A stretch of 64,000 bases of DNA, taken from positions 620,001 through 684,000 of the forward strand of contig JAWMAR010000283.1 in NCBI GenBank assembly GCA_036785375.1, in the 5' to 3' direction. Each line of letters begins with the position of its first letter. Positions within the stretch are counted from its first letter, which is position 1. Below are positions 11,891 to 24,880 of the stretch, piece after piece. The notes under the pieces were generated by a model that saw only the letters and a program-made list of their open reading frames with translations, had not been told where the DNA came from and searched no databases. Source of the stretch: Leucoraja ocellata. Taxonomy: Eukaryota. The position numbers and the translations under genes are program-made.

Positions 11891-14800
11891 TAAATCAGAA
11901 ATCTTACATATCTGGGGACTGTTGATACCTTCTGTTACTCATAGTCTATTGAACAAAGTATATTGAGATATTTCCTCTAATAAAACTAATCTCTGCTCAT
12001 GTTTTATGGAATAATGTAACTTAAAGTGTCCACCTTGTTGACATCTCTAATCCAGGAGTACAATTTGTTTGAAAAGTGTTGCTCTGCTGGTGGCAAGTAG
12101 CAAGGTGTTAAGAATACAGGAGGTGGTGTTAATGTGAAACGTACTTAAGTATTGCATCTGTGAAATAGTGGGTGATGTATTTTTGTTCTCGTATCACATT
12201 TGTAGCCTGCTGTTTACAAAATAAAATTAAAATGTGACTCCCATTTGCAAGCTAGTTTAATAGCAAGCAATACTGCAGTTTGATTTTGAATACTAGTTTC
12301 CAAAGCTTAAATTGTGCAAATAACAAAGCAAAAGTCTGGCCTTTGTTAAAATTAAGTTGAGCATCACCGTAGGTTCTCACTTGACTAATACAATGTATGT
12401 AAAGGTGGCTAACTATATGTGCACACCTTTTAAAAGCTTTGCAAAACTATTTGGCTAAGCCTGCAATCAAACGCTGTCAGTATATACTTTCTGGCTTGGC
12501 ACCTACATACCTGTGTTTTTATGTAAAGCAAAAAGAGAGGACGTGTGGAAGAGATGTTGCCTTGTACAACACAGCCTATGATTGTGCATGATTTGCATTA
12601 GAAACCACAATTTTTGCAAGAATATCAGAGGTTTCACAGAATTCATCCTAGAGTACAAGATGGAGACTATATTTTCAATTAAATTTGACATATAAATCAG
12701 AGAAAATTGCAAAACTGAAAGCTTAATGGGGATGGTTATTAATCGTAGTCCTTGTTGATAAACGTAGTCATCACTGATAAGTCCCTTTCTGACTTAAGCC
12801 CTATCAATATAATGCAGAACCAGGCAGGGGTGGCTAGCGGGGTAACCAAAATCTGGGTCAAATAAGTGGGTTTGGAGAAAATTTTTAAAGGGATCATGTT
12901 TGTGCATTTAACAGTAAGTGAGCCTTCATTGAATACTATATCTTACTTAACCATTTGTACTCACCTCAAGTTGTATTGCAATTAATTCCATCATTTTTGC
13001 AGAATGTCACGTTACTTGTCATTACATATGTGAGATAATTTTTATGCTCCGTGGGGGGATTTGTCAGTGACACAGTTGAAGACAACTTGCTGACACCAAA
13101 CAAAACTAAAATTAAACTTCATATATCTGTTTTTTTGCTTGTATAAGTTTTACGGCTTCATGATTTTTTTCTAAGCTCCATTAAAGATTCTGTCACTCTG
13201 TTCCATATAACATTCTCATTCTGCAATCTGTCATATCGAGGTGTATAAATTTCATACTGTTGGAGCATGTAGCATGTGTTATGACAGCAATTCCATTCTG
13301 TCAAGCTTTAAAACAATAATAAATTCATATTGTTGTGTGAATATGGGTACAAAGAAGAAAATGCTATTTTTTCCCCAAAGCTAACGTATATGTTTTATTA
13401 TAGAATTGTGATGGCACAACATGATTAATAACTCCTGTATTTAGTATTCCATAAAACTTCCCTTTGTTTGGATTCTATAGTCACCATCTAAAATTAACCT
13501 AATAAATACAACACCAAAGGTATAAAGAATGAACATTGAATCTCCTCTGCTGCTGATATCACATTTTCTACCTTGGGTGCAGCATGTAGACGGCATCATT
13601 CCTATTTACTGTGGTTTACCTTGTTTTAGATTGCATAATTTTCATATGTCAGATATTTAGCACCAAACTAATTCAAATGAAAATGACTCAAAATGCACAG
13701 GGAAATATTTTCTAAAGTAGTATTAATTCTCCACTGACTCCTAGTTCAACCAACTAGGTCAGGGTGGAGGTGAGTTATATTACCTCGTCGGCCTGACCCT
13801 CTCATTCCTCCCACTTACACACAGACTAATATAACTACACGTCATGCCTTTGGGAGGCAAAACATTGGTTCTGATACAGAAAATACCAAATGATATTGCT
13901 TCTATTTGCCTCTTGATACTCTGTACACAATTTTAAAAGCATTTGGTGCAGTAGAAAGTTATTTTGCACATAAAAATAAATTTATCTCTGTAAGTTAGCG
14001 ACAAGTCCCTTGAAGTTGATCCGTGGAGAATCATTACTTCCTGCTGCGGCTCGCCTTCAGCACCAAGACTGCTTCACGTCCTAGTAGATTCCCATACTTC
14101 TTTTCTCGTTGCGCTCACATCTCAGACGGACCTGCCATCCAGTTGTGTCCCAATCAAAATGAATTCCATTACAAAGGGAACTATTCAAAGAGCCTCACCT
14201 GCCAATCATAAACCTCCCAGATTGTACTGAAGTTCTGTTGGGATAAAAAGCTAACCATGTAATTCAGATAATGAGCGAGCTGCCATTTCCCAGAGGCCAT
14301 AACTTGTTTATTGCATCTGGCAGCAAATTAAGTATAGTAAAAGAAATTAAACCCCAGGCAGCACACAACATTGTGCTTCTGCTTGACTAGGCTCTGGATA
14401 TGTGAGCTGTATCTTAGATTTTAACTGATGCTTATCAGAGATGGGGACCATAAGAAAAACTATGGCCCAATTAAAACATCCACCTTCTAAAAGCCCCTTG
14501 GGTCATGCAAGTTACTGTACTCTTCGCTGGTTTGTTCCTCATTGATGTGATTATATTTGATTATATTTGTACATTAATCCAACAATATGATTTAAATTGA
14601 ATGACAGTATTTTCATTTTTAAATAATTTGCAAGTTCTAGTTCGGTAGGTACTTACTATTTTATTACAGGTGAGGCTCTTTGGTTTTTATTACTGTGAAT
14701 GGAAGTTATAGTATGATTGGTTTTGTTAAATGAAAATCTAATACATTAAAGACCATCTTGGAAATAGATTAGATGGAAAAATCAACATTGTTCTTTTCAT

Positions 14801-16112
14801 GTACTTGTTGACCATTTCCATTTACTTTCATAATTAGTAAACTAAGAAAGCAACTTAATGTTGCATAAATAATCTTGGTTTATCATCCTATTACCACTTG
14901 ATTAAATCAAGGGGGTAATCACCAAATTTTGTTCTAATTGTTCATGTAAAAACTATATACCCTTTTTAAAACTAACTTTTTGAATCAAAAATAATCCAAA
15001 AATCTTGTGATCAATTCATCATGATTTTAATTAGTAAAAGTAGTCCATCATGTAGGGTTTCTGCATTTTCTTCAAAGCCAAATAGTTCCACAATATTGAT
15101 GTATTGAATAATATTTCCTATAACCAATTAAAAGTGGTGTTTCCGTTTTTGTGATCAACCTTGCGTGCTTGCACGGTTTATGTTTACTTTTAAAAAAAAG
15201 TTTCAACATGAACAACATGTGCTAATTTAGCTCAAATGGGAATTTTCCACAATTGTGTTAATGGTTGCTCTAAAATTAGCCCTGCATGCATTTAAACCCC
15301 GTTGAACATGAAGAAAGGAAGTCCATTAAATATCTACTCCTGATGTATTTCCTTTTTTAGATTTTTTTTTTTTTTTTTTAAATATTTACTTGTAATTTAA
15401 TCATTACAGCTTTACTGCTATTTCGCGGGGAATTTTATCTGAAAATGTCAGTGCTTTTTTTTGCTTTCCTTTCTCATTTGAGTTGACCTACCGTGCTTAC
15501 TGGAGTGTAATAGTGACGCACTGTGTTGTGTGCTGCGTGAAACATAGACTGTAGCTTTTCTGTGAAGCTTGTGAAGGAATGCTGTAACATAAACAAAGAA
15601 TGACACTGAATTGTATTTCTTCAATTGTTGCACCACGTTTTCAAGATCGCCGAGCAGTGAGATATCCTAATATGGAAGCATTGTGCAGTTCTTGGCGAGA
15701 AGCTTCACAGTTGTCCTAATTTGTCCTTGCAGAACTGCTGCTTGGGGAAACACAATGCCAATAGGAGCATCTGAGAGCAGTGAGAAGTAAATTGTGATCA
15801 CCGTCTTGGGATTAATAGAGAAACCGGTGTAAGATTGAGGAAGTTTTAAATTATTTATTTCACTGTTATATTGCTGGCTACAGTCTCATTTGCAAATTTA
15901 AAGTGATGTCAGGATTCTGGGAATGGAGTCCTCTTCCCGGATATAGAAAACTGTATCAATGACTTAGTGAATGCGAGGTTGAAGGTCAATGCCAATAACA
16001 CGTGAAGTAATAAAGTTTGCACAAGACTGGAGAAAACACAGGGTAAGTGAGGAAAGGCCCCAGATTCATAAAAAAAAGCGGAACAGATAAGTAAATAATA
16101 ACGTAATAACAA

Positions 16113-16200
16113 TGAGCTGCAGATGCTGGTTTACCAAAGAAAGACAAAAAATGCTGGAATAACTCAGCGGGTTAGGCAGCATCTCTGGAGAACATGGATG
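16113..16200 (-). mobile_element. Penelope-derived short insert (lacks the hammerhead part)
   Basis: CTGCAGATGCTGGTTTAC...TGCTGGAATAACTCAGCGGGTTAGGCAGCATCTCTGGAG. Confidence 0.8.
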
Positions 16201-16764
16201 TTGTAAGATTTTAAACCATAAGTAGATGGATGGGGAGTCAATTTCAACCCCACTTTCCAGTGGGCAGCTGAAATGACCTGTATGAATATCTACTGATTTC
16301 CTGCTTGCTTTTCTCCAATCAGGAATCGGTGAGGACAACTGTGCTTTTAGCTCAGGTGTGAGTGGCTTTTGTGGCAACCTGAAACAAGTCAGAGAATGGA
16401 GAATCTCTGAAGGATGCATTGTTCTCTTATAAGGCAAGGAGGAGCAGCATGCTTTTCTGGGCTGCGCAAGTAAACTTTAAGCCCCTTCTATCATTTGCTC
16501 ATTTTACTCCCTGCTGGCTGGGGAAGGATCCAATGATGGTCAATTTCACCAGCAACAGTTTCCTGGCTGTCGCAGCGACATGGTAATGCCTTACAGTTAA
16601 GGTTACCGGGGGCTCATACTACTGACACATGGCCAAACAATTAATTCCCCAGCCTGGCTTTCCATAGGAAATGTGCTAAGGTATAGAAATTATTCCAATG
16701 TATGAAATAGAATGAAGAGTCTGGATCATAGGATGCTGATAAAATATATTTTATATTGAGACAA

Positions 16765-17035
16765 AAATCCCTCATCCCTATTCTCGCCATAACCTGTGAT
16801 GCCCTTAAAAATGCCCTTACAAGAACCTATCTATCTCTGCTTTAAAAATACCCAAAGACTTGGCCACCACATCTGCCTCTGACAATGAATTCTCCACATT
16901 CACCACACTGGCTAAATAAATTCCTCCTCATCTCCATTGTAGAGGTATATCCATTTATTCAGAGGCTGTGCCCTCTGGTCCCGGACGCTACCACTTCTGG
17001 TAACATCCTCTCCACATCCGCTCTATCTAGGCCTT
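16765..17035 (-). mobile_element. CR1 LINE 3' fragment
   Basis: Reverse complement resembles 6690-6790 (GGCCAAGTCTTTGGGTATTTTTAAAGCAGAGATAGATAGGTTCTTG; GAGATGAGGAGGAATTTATTTAGCCAG). Confidence 0.8.
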
Positions 17036-17689
17036 AGATCTTTTCCAGTTTCTCTCATTCATCTTCTACTGTCGCATTGAGCATCTCGCAGCTGCCTTCC
17101 ATGGTATACTGTCTCACTTGTTCATCCTCCTTTCTGATCCCACGATTCCCCTCGGTAACTGTCTCCCAGAACTACGCCTCAGCGCCTCTCTTCTTTCTTC
17201 CCTCCACAATCTTCTCCCCATCCTCCTTGTCCCTTTAATTCTTTCTAGCCTCCAATGACTTTTCCTTCAGGTCCCCCCTCCCTGTCCTTTTCTTGGCCCA
17301 CCCCGAACTTGGCTCCAACCTTTCCCATCACCCCCCCCCAGGTGTTGGCCAGTCGGGAGGGAGATGAAAAGTTTCTTCTATGTTGGCGTATGTTGGTGAA
17401 TTTTTCAACCAAGAGGACGATGCCATCTCAGTCACTGGGTCTATTCAATAAAGACAATTCATCAAAGGGTGTGGGATTAGTGCAGGTCAGTGGTGCTGAA
17501 ACAATGATTAATGCAATAGTAATGAGGAACTGAATGGCCCATTTCTGCCTTTTGAGCTTTTGATTTAATGTTGATAAAATTGATACTCCTGAAATTTAAC
17601 TGTTGGTCCCTCGCATATGAAAATAACATAATATTTAGCCAAACTTTTGGTTTTCATTTGTCTAGTTTGCCATTCAATTACCTATGCTA

Positions 17690-18200
17690 CAGTCCCATTA
17701 AGCTGTTTTATCAAATGCCTTTTCAAAGCCTAAATCTATAATATTCACTAGATTACCTTCACCCAATAATTACTTTCTATAACAGCCTTGGGAAAAAATG
17801 TAGAATGCTTGTATGGTTTGATCCAACATGTCTGAAACGGCAGAGACCTTCCATTAATCATATTATGCTCAACAGAAGATCCTGATTGCATTCATCATAA
17901 TTGCCCAGACGACTTTTTAAAATAATTTTAGGGAGAAATCTACCACTTTGTTATGTAATGTATCTTTTTACTGACATTGTAAGCAATATATCTTTCTTTA
18001 TTTGAGAATGGCATGATGACATATTCCTTAAAACAAATTGGTTTCCCGGGTCTACTCCCTGATCACAGATTTGATTGCATTGTAAGCCCAATAAATTGAA
18101 TATAGTTGGTTTGTGGGTCAGGAATTGGAGGAAGGTGGAGAGATATGTTATTAAGGGGAAGTTATAAGTGTCCAATATTTTCATATTCTTTGTACTTATC
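17690..18200 (-). mobile_element. Highly decayed CR1 ORF2 fragment
   Basis: TTATCAAATGCCTTTTCAAAG reads F-E-K-A-F-D-K on the minus strand (CR1 DFxKAFD motif); remainder very degenerate. Confidence 0.45.
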
Positions 18201-18779
18201 AAATTAGCCCTCACCTTAGATTCCTTTCTAATTGTCATTGACTACTCCAACATATACTCAGGGTGGAAACATTTGTTTTTTTTAACCAAAGACAAGTCAA
18301 TTTTTGCAACATATAGAGTACTTTCATTCTCTAACAATGTTTGAAGTACACATCTGTGCTAAAAGCAAAGTAGCATAAAACATCATCTATTCTAACGTGT
18401 TCTCTGAGATGTTTGCTATGGACTGTTGGTCATTAATGGGTGATTAACTATATAGACTGCAGGACAAAAAGGGTGCAAGGTGACCTTAGATCACTGAAAT
18501 GCTTACACAGCAGTGAAAAAAATGTCTTGTTTATAAGTGAAACCAGCTTTCTGGAAAGGAATGCAGTTCAAAGAATTAAAGGGCAAATCCTACATTTAAT
18601 CAAATGGGATTTGAATTTACTAAATATATTAAAAGTATGTCAATTCAGGTACATCGCCCTCTTGAATTTAAAAAAGATTCTTTGTGTATTTCTGAAAATC
18701 ACCAAAAATGTTGGCATTATCCTTATATCTAGTGTTCAATTCTCCCCCGAGCAGAAAGGAAAAAAATGACCGGCATTGA

Positions 18780-18990
18780 TGTAACGCCATTTGCAACATC
18801 GATCACTAAACATTTACACCAGTGAAGGAACTTGAGGTGTAGTCATTTTGTAATGAAAGCATGATACCACGTCGGCCACACTAAGCTTTCACAAGTGTGA
18901 TCTGAGCTGCAAAAGTATGTTCCTCAAACCTGGAAATGCAAAATGTTCTGGCTTCTCTCTCAGTATTCCCCCAATGCACTCCATTGGCTG
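18780..18990 (-). mobile_element. Decayed DeuSINE-like fragment
   Basis: TTGAGGTGTAGTCATTTTGTAATG resembles the Deu-domain region of chondrichthyan DeuSINEs; similar head remnant at 20040-20170. Confidence 0.4.
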
Positions 18991-19206
18991 AGTTTGAACG
19001 TGGAGAAATTCCATAACACTCACACCTGTCTATCACAATATAGGCACAGTGTTGAGTAATTTAGCTTTTTTTAAATTTTGAATTAACAGTTCTCAACTGC
19101 TTTAATTATTTACTGGATGTTGTTTGTAGATCTTAAATAGTTTATCAGCTGGAAGAGTGGCTGTTAGATTTGTCAGCCATTTTGTGGTCAGGGTTGATTC
19201 TGCACT

Positions 19207-19931
19207 GAAGGACACAAAGTGTTAGAGTAAAGGGCCTGTCCCATTTGTCTGTAATTTGCGAGTCACTTAAGCGACAGTCCGGTAGTGACTGTCACGTGAA
19301 AATCATCTAGCAGTACGACAGTCGCGTGCTTTTTTTCTTGAGGACTCTGCTACTTTTGGGACCCATTGCGATGTCGTTCGTACTGTACTGTTATTTTAGT
19401 CCGATCTCCGTGGCAAGGATTTTCCCAGTGAAAAAATTTCAGAACTCGGCGCGCTTTATACACGGGTGAGCATGTGGTGCGGCGCTCAAATGACGCGAAA
19501 ATGGTGCGCCAACGGCGTACGCGGCGACGCATGGTTACGGACGTTGACGCACGTGACGCATAATAAATTAGCATAGGCAATGTTTGTGCATCACCATGCG
19601 TAACCATGTGTCACCCTGCACTACACGCACGCCATCAGTACGTCAGCGTATGCCATCAGTACGTTAGCAAGGAATACGTCACGCAGGTGCCGCACGAGGA
19701 TTTTGAACATTCCAAAAACCTGGGGCGATAGGGAAGCATCGCGCATTACCACGGGTCACAGCATACGCCACCACGCCTCACCGCGCACCATGATGCGCCA
19801 ACCAATTTTTAGGATGTCGCATAAATGACTCACAAATGACGCCCAAGTGGGACAGGCCCTTAACTCAGCGGGTCAGGCAGCAACTCTGGAGAACAGGGAT
19901 AGGTTTCAGGTTGAGACCATTCTTCAGGCTG
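19207..19931 (-). mobile_element. Penelope-derived short insert split by a MITE
   Basis: GACACAAAGTGTTAGAGTAA | CTCAGCGGGTCAGGCAGC...CCATTCTTCAGGCT rejoins seamlessly when the MITE and one TAA are removed. Confidence 0.85.
19231..19860. mobile_element. Non-autonomous PIF/Harbinger-type DNA transposon (MITE), 630 bp
   Basis: TIR AGGGCCTGTCCCA(T/C)TTG, imperfect out to about 45 bp; TAA TSD at 19228-19230 and 19861-19863; CpG-rich, no transposase. Confidence 0.9.
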
Positions 19932-22900
19932 CACACTCATGCCCCAGTGCCCACCCTCATTAACATGACTGCAATATATCACTCAAATATATTACCCGGG
20001 TGCTGCCACCACCTTTGAAATGTGTCGTTGTATTCTTAAATTAGGCAAGGGCCCTGGTTTATGTAACACTTATGGCACTGCAGTATTCCCTCCACTCCGC
20101 AAGGGATTCAACCTCGATTTTTATGTTCAACTTATGAAGAGGGATTTGATTCTAGAGACACAAATGCTGAATCTCATTTAAATGCAACACATGTAAATAT
20201 TGATGCTGGAGTTGATAATGGTGATATCTGAAAGTGGCAGTGTATCTAGAGCCAATTTACTTTTCATTATTATCTTGAAATGTAAGAAAAATTATATAAT
20301 GAACTGAAAGTAGGATGCCATTGAAAGCCCTCACACCAACAGCTTCAAAGTAAATGTAGCTTCGAAAAGTGATAATTAATGGTTTGAAATCTTGGTTATT
20401 CAAGAAGAAAGTTGATTGATTTCTGTTAACTCAGAAAAAAAGGTTGATTATGATATTAGAAGTTTAATAGGAATTGAGATTGGAGAAATAGGATAAGTAT
20501 TATTTTGCTGAGATTTAAAATGTACAGTAGTTGCAATTCAAAAGGGTGTGTCGAGTACAGTTCCATTATGATCAACAGATGTTTGATGTTCATTGTTTAT
20601 TTGTGAGGTTCCACTCCAAATATTGAAGGGTTCCAGGCCTTCTCGAGCAAAAATCTACACAATGACAGCAGTAACTGAGTATTTTCTATTTTGCCAGTAT
20701 ATGATAAGTCTATTGAAGTTCTATTTCAAATACATTTGCATCTCCAGCTTTCAGTTGAAATTAAAAGAAAATAAATATTTGAGTCAAAAGAAATCAATAC
20801 CACAGGTGAAGTAGCAATATTAACTTGGGCCATATAATGGTTTGCAAACATTCAACTCTCCTGCGATTTCTTTGGAGAAAATTTCTTTTTTTTTCCTGGA
20901 ATTCCAGCAATGAGTCTGATGAAGTGCTTCCACAGTTAAATTTTACATTACTAAGAAAACTATATTCAATGAAAATTTACTTGGCATTTGCCATGTGAGA
21001 CGTATTTATAACAGGGTCAAAGAAAGGTGAGAACAAACATTAAAATATATTTAAACTAATACCAGAATGTCAGAAAAAGCTCCAGAAGTTCAATCTGAGA
21101 TAATCGCAAGATCTGGAATTTACAATAACAAACTCTTAATAAATCTACCTGTCACCAGTCTTCCTCTGAGGGAGGAACAAAAGGTCACATAAATGGCTAC
21201 ATTCCATCATAAAAAAAACTCAAAGTTAAAATGAGGTGCCTGGAGACTAAAATGAGAGCTTTAAGCAGCTGTAGTCCTTAAATTAGGTAAAAGTAATTTT
21301 AAAACTATTTGCTTTACCTTGCTAAATGAGTAGAGATAATGATCTCGGCTTCACAGAGGAAAAGTGATAAATGCAATGAATCAAGTTTTGTGAGTGGTTG
21401 AAATAAAATCCTCAACGTTTGCCCGTGTTTCCAAATGTATAGAGCAATGCAGGTAATGTATTCTTGATAGAGAAATAAGTTTACTCAGGTAATCATTTCT
21501 GTCCCCAATGCCCCATGGAGATACTACCATGGTGTATAACAATCCAAAAGGACAATGTGCTGTTGAAAATGGTTTCCTGTTTAGGTACCGAAAAATGATG
21601 GATGGATGCATCCATACCCAATGCATTTGTGATGGTTTAATAGGTGACAAAATGCCACCACAATGTGTGTGTGTATGTGGAAAGTTAAAATGCATGTGGT
21701 TTAATTATATATTTTAAGAAGGATTAAGGGGAAAATGAATATCATTATCAGTGATAATATTGCTGCAGTTTGAACTGTTACTGAGACTGATGACACATCA
21801 AGTTGTTTATGTTACTACAGGTTGTCACTTAATAATAATAATTGATTTTCATAAAGGAAAGCCAAATTTATTTAGTTGTTTTTAAAGTTTATTTTTGGTA
21901 AGCTAGCTGTTTACGTTAATACAATTTGAATTTATAAATGGCTTTTAATATAGGAAAACATGCCAACGATCATATATCCACAATAGTGGACAATCAACAA
22001 GGGAATGAGAGGTTAGGATGAGTAACTTGCCTTTGTTTTGTTTAAGTTGTTAATAGTGTTAGTCGCAAGTTTCATTTAAAGCTTTGTGGAAGTGATCAAA
22101 TTGCAGTGCGCTGTTGTGCTTTAGATATTCAGGTCACTTAACTTCTACATTTTACTTCTTATTTAGTGCATCTTTAGTTTTTCTGAAGTTGGAAAGAGGA
22201 ATCTCTTCTTTTGGGTAGGGATGAGTGTTTTTTTTACAAGATCTTGTTGATTATCTTTTTGGGGTTTAAGAAAGCTACTCTAAAAGCATGGATATTTTAG
22301 TCCCAGATTACACTTAGCTACATTACGAACCCTAAAGGCAACCCTTCACTGTCACTTGGTCCTGGATGCTTTGCTCAGCAAACAGTAATTAACTTTGACA
22401 GATAATTATTGTGGTTTTGATGACAAAAATCCTTTTCTTTAAAGCCTCTTACTTTTATGAGATATATTCCACAAAGCTTGGATGGACATGAATTGAAGTT
22501 TTTATTCGGCTCCAAGTTTGATCCTTAGAGATGGGGGTTTGCGGGAGGGGAGGGGGAAAGAAAGTTAAATATCACAGCAATGATCTCAGGCAAACAGGAA
22601 AAGAAAGCCTTTGACTGTAGAGTGCATACAAAACTGAGAGCTGCCATTTGCTCCAAATGTGCCAGATCTTTGATAGGAAAGGTGCAATTGTTAATGTTCA
22701 TAACGAACAGAGATTGTGCAAATTTGCAATAACTGCGTGAATAAGCTCTAATTCCACCTAATGGTCATAACTTGGAAAAGGCAGGGAACCCTGTGTCAAT
22801 TCAGGCAGCAGGCCTGGATGAACAGCTTTGCACAACCCTTAACTATTCACCCTCTCCCCCCCCCCCCCCCCCCCCCTATTTCCCTCCCCACCATACAGCT

Positions 22901-24126
22901 CCCCTCCTCTCCCTGACTGATGAAAATCAGGAATATCATATTTCTGGAGCCTGAGGTTATTATGTTATTTGGGCAGGCTGAGGAACTGGCACAGTTCCAA
23001 CTTACCTGCAGCTGTGTGCTGAGTCGCCTCAGTTAAGTTGCAACACTTTTTTATACCATAAAATAAGAACATCTGTTTTTTGGGGGGGAAAAAAAAGCTG
23101 AAAACAGAGCGACCTTTTAATAATGGGAACACTTGGCTCATTTTAACATTTGCTACTTTTTTTATTGTTTGAAAACAGAGTTCTGACTCTTGTATGTTGG
23201 GAAAGCATTGGGCTAAATGTGGGCATGGAGGAAGCGTTGTGATTGTTACCCACGGGACTGTTTCTTTTGGAAAAACAAATCCCATAGGCATTAAAACAAT
23301 GACTATTTGAGAGAACAGAGCTATTTTTAGTCCCGTTTATTCTTGGAGTTGTGTGGTGTGTGCTAAATTAGGGGACGATAATCCATTTATAGATTGGCGT
23401 TCTATGGGGAGATAAGGACGCTGGTATCGACTGTTTGCTATTCTCAAAACTTCTGTTTCCTCTTCACTCCAAAATTATCTGTTGAGGCTCAGTTGACTCA
23501 TTAGTCTTGCAGTGTTTGTTCTTGCTGCTCGAATGACTACAGCGATCTATACTCCACAGGCATGCAGAGTGAAGCAAAATTTGTCCAGTCTGTCAGAGCA
23601 ACTTTTGCCTTTTGCCTTGGGCGAAATAGTGGGTGAAGTTTGTCTTGAAAATCTGTTAAATGGGATGTAGCCAACCGCTGCCACTCAATTCCTTTTTATT
23701 ATATGCTGCAAAATGATTTGACTTAAATGTTTCCAACTGTGCTCCTGCACTTTTCCTTGTGACTTGGTCCCGCACAAAAGCAGCAATCAATATATGTTTG
23801 ATTTGCTTGCATTCAATCTCAGTTTGAAAGATTGAATATGATTGTGAGTTATATGTAATGTCGGAGAATGAGGAACATCTGGACTTAGTGATATCAAGAC
23901 CACCAACTCTTATGCCATATCCTACAAGACTTTGTGCATGAATTGAGGGGCATTAAAGCTGACCATTAATTCTGACATTGCTTTAATAAAAACAATATTA
24001 TTGGATTACATTATTTCAAGATTATTTCATCATCTGGTTTACTCATTCCTATCAGGATAGGAAATCTCCTGTCTTAACTCAATCTACCCTCCATCGAACT
24101 CTGAATCGATCACAACATCAGAATCA

Positions 24127-24401
24127 GGGACGGCACAGTGGCGCAGCGGTAAAGTTGGTGCCTCACAGTTCGATCCTGTCCTTAGCTGCTGCCTGCGCAG
24201 AGTTTGCATGTTCTTTCTGTGACTGCATGGGTTTCCTCCGGTTTCCCCCCACATCCCAAAGACGTGCATGCTTGTAGGTTAATTGGCTTCTGTAAATTGT
24301 CCCCAGTGTGAAGGATAGAACTAGTGCAAATAGATGATCTCGGGTCGGTGCGGACTTGGTGGGCCAAAGGGCCTGTTTTCACGCTGTATGTCTAAACTAA
24401 A
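24127..24401 (+). mobile_element. tRNA-derived V-SINE (HE1-like)
   Basis: A box TGGCGCAGCGG, B box GTTCGATCC, V-domain GAGTTTGCATGTTCT..TGCATGGGTTTCCTCCGG, CR1-like tail GGGCCAAAGGGCCTGTTTTC, (CTAAA)n end. Confidence 0.9.
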
Positions 24402-24746
24402 TGGTTAATTCTCATCTGGCCTCACTAATAATCCAACAAACTATTTAGTTGGGGGCGGGGGGGTGGAGGTAATCAAGAAAATGGACAATAAATGCTTCAA
24501 TTTCATATCCACTGGCTGAATAAATAAGAAAACAAAATCACCAACTTAATTTCAAATGTTCAAGCTTTTTGAAGCTTAAAACACTGCAAGGATTGCACAT
24601 GCCATTGGATTTTATTTTGCTGCTTGCAGCAGGAATTACATTCTTGTGTAAAATAAATAAATAAAACATACACTCGGATATAACAGCAGTTACAGGGCTA
24701 GCTTTTATTCATTATCATTGCACCATTATGTCTTTAGTACATTATG

Positions 24747-24880
24747 AGTCTGAGGAAGGGTCTCGACCTGAAACGTCACCCATCCCATCTCTCCAGAGAT
24801 GCTGCCTGTCCCGCTGAGTTACTCCAGATTTTTGTGCATATCTTCGGTTTAAACCAGCATCTGCAGTTACTTCTTACACA
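24747..24880 (+). mobile_element. Penelope-derived short insert in the Tc1 3' end
   Basis: Full unit AGTCTGAGGAAGGGTCTCGACCTGAAACGTCACC...CAGCATCTGCAGTTACTTCTTACACA flanked by TATG on both sides. Confidence 0.88.
24748..24779 (+). ncRNA. Minimal type I hammerhead ribozyme motif (core intact)
   Basis: GT-CTGAGGA-A-GGGTC-TC-GACCT-GAAAC-GTC-AC. Confidence 0.65.

Noticed and set aside
15905-16050. Possible exon ending at AGG|GTAAGT (about 16042)
   Set aside because: Weak acceptor and stop codons in the frame examined; could only be non-coding, unsupported.
22905-22956. TGATGA...CTGA, possible C/D box snoRNA
   Set aside because: Only about 35 nt spans the boxes and no guide or convincing terminal stem is visible.
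24127-24180. tRNA-like sequences with A and B boxes (also 31950-32005, 33751, 34133, 41524)
   Set aside because: SINE heads: no complete cloverleaf, and each is followed by the V-domain and LINE-like tail.
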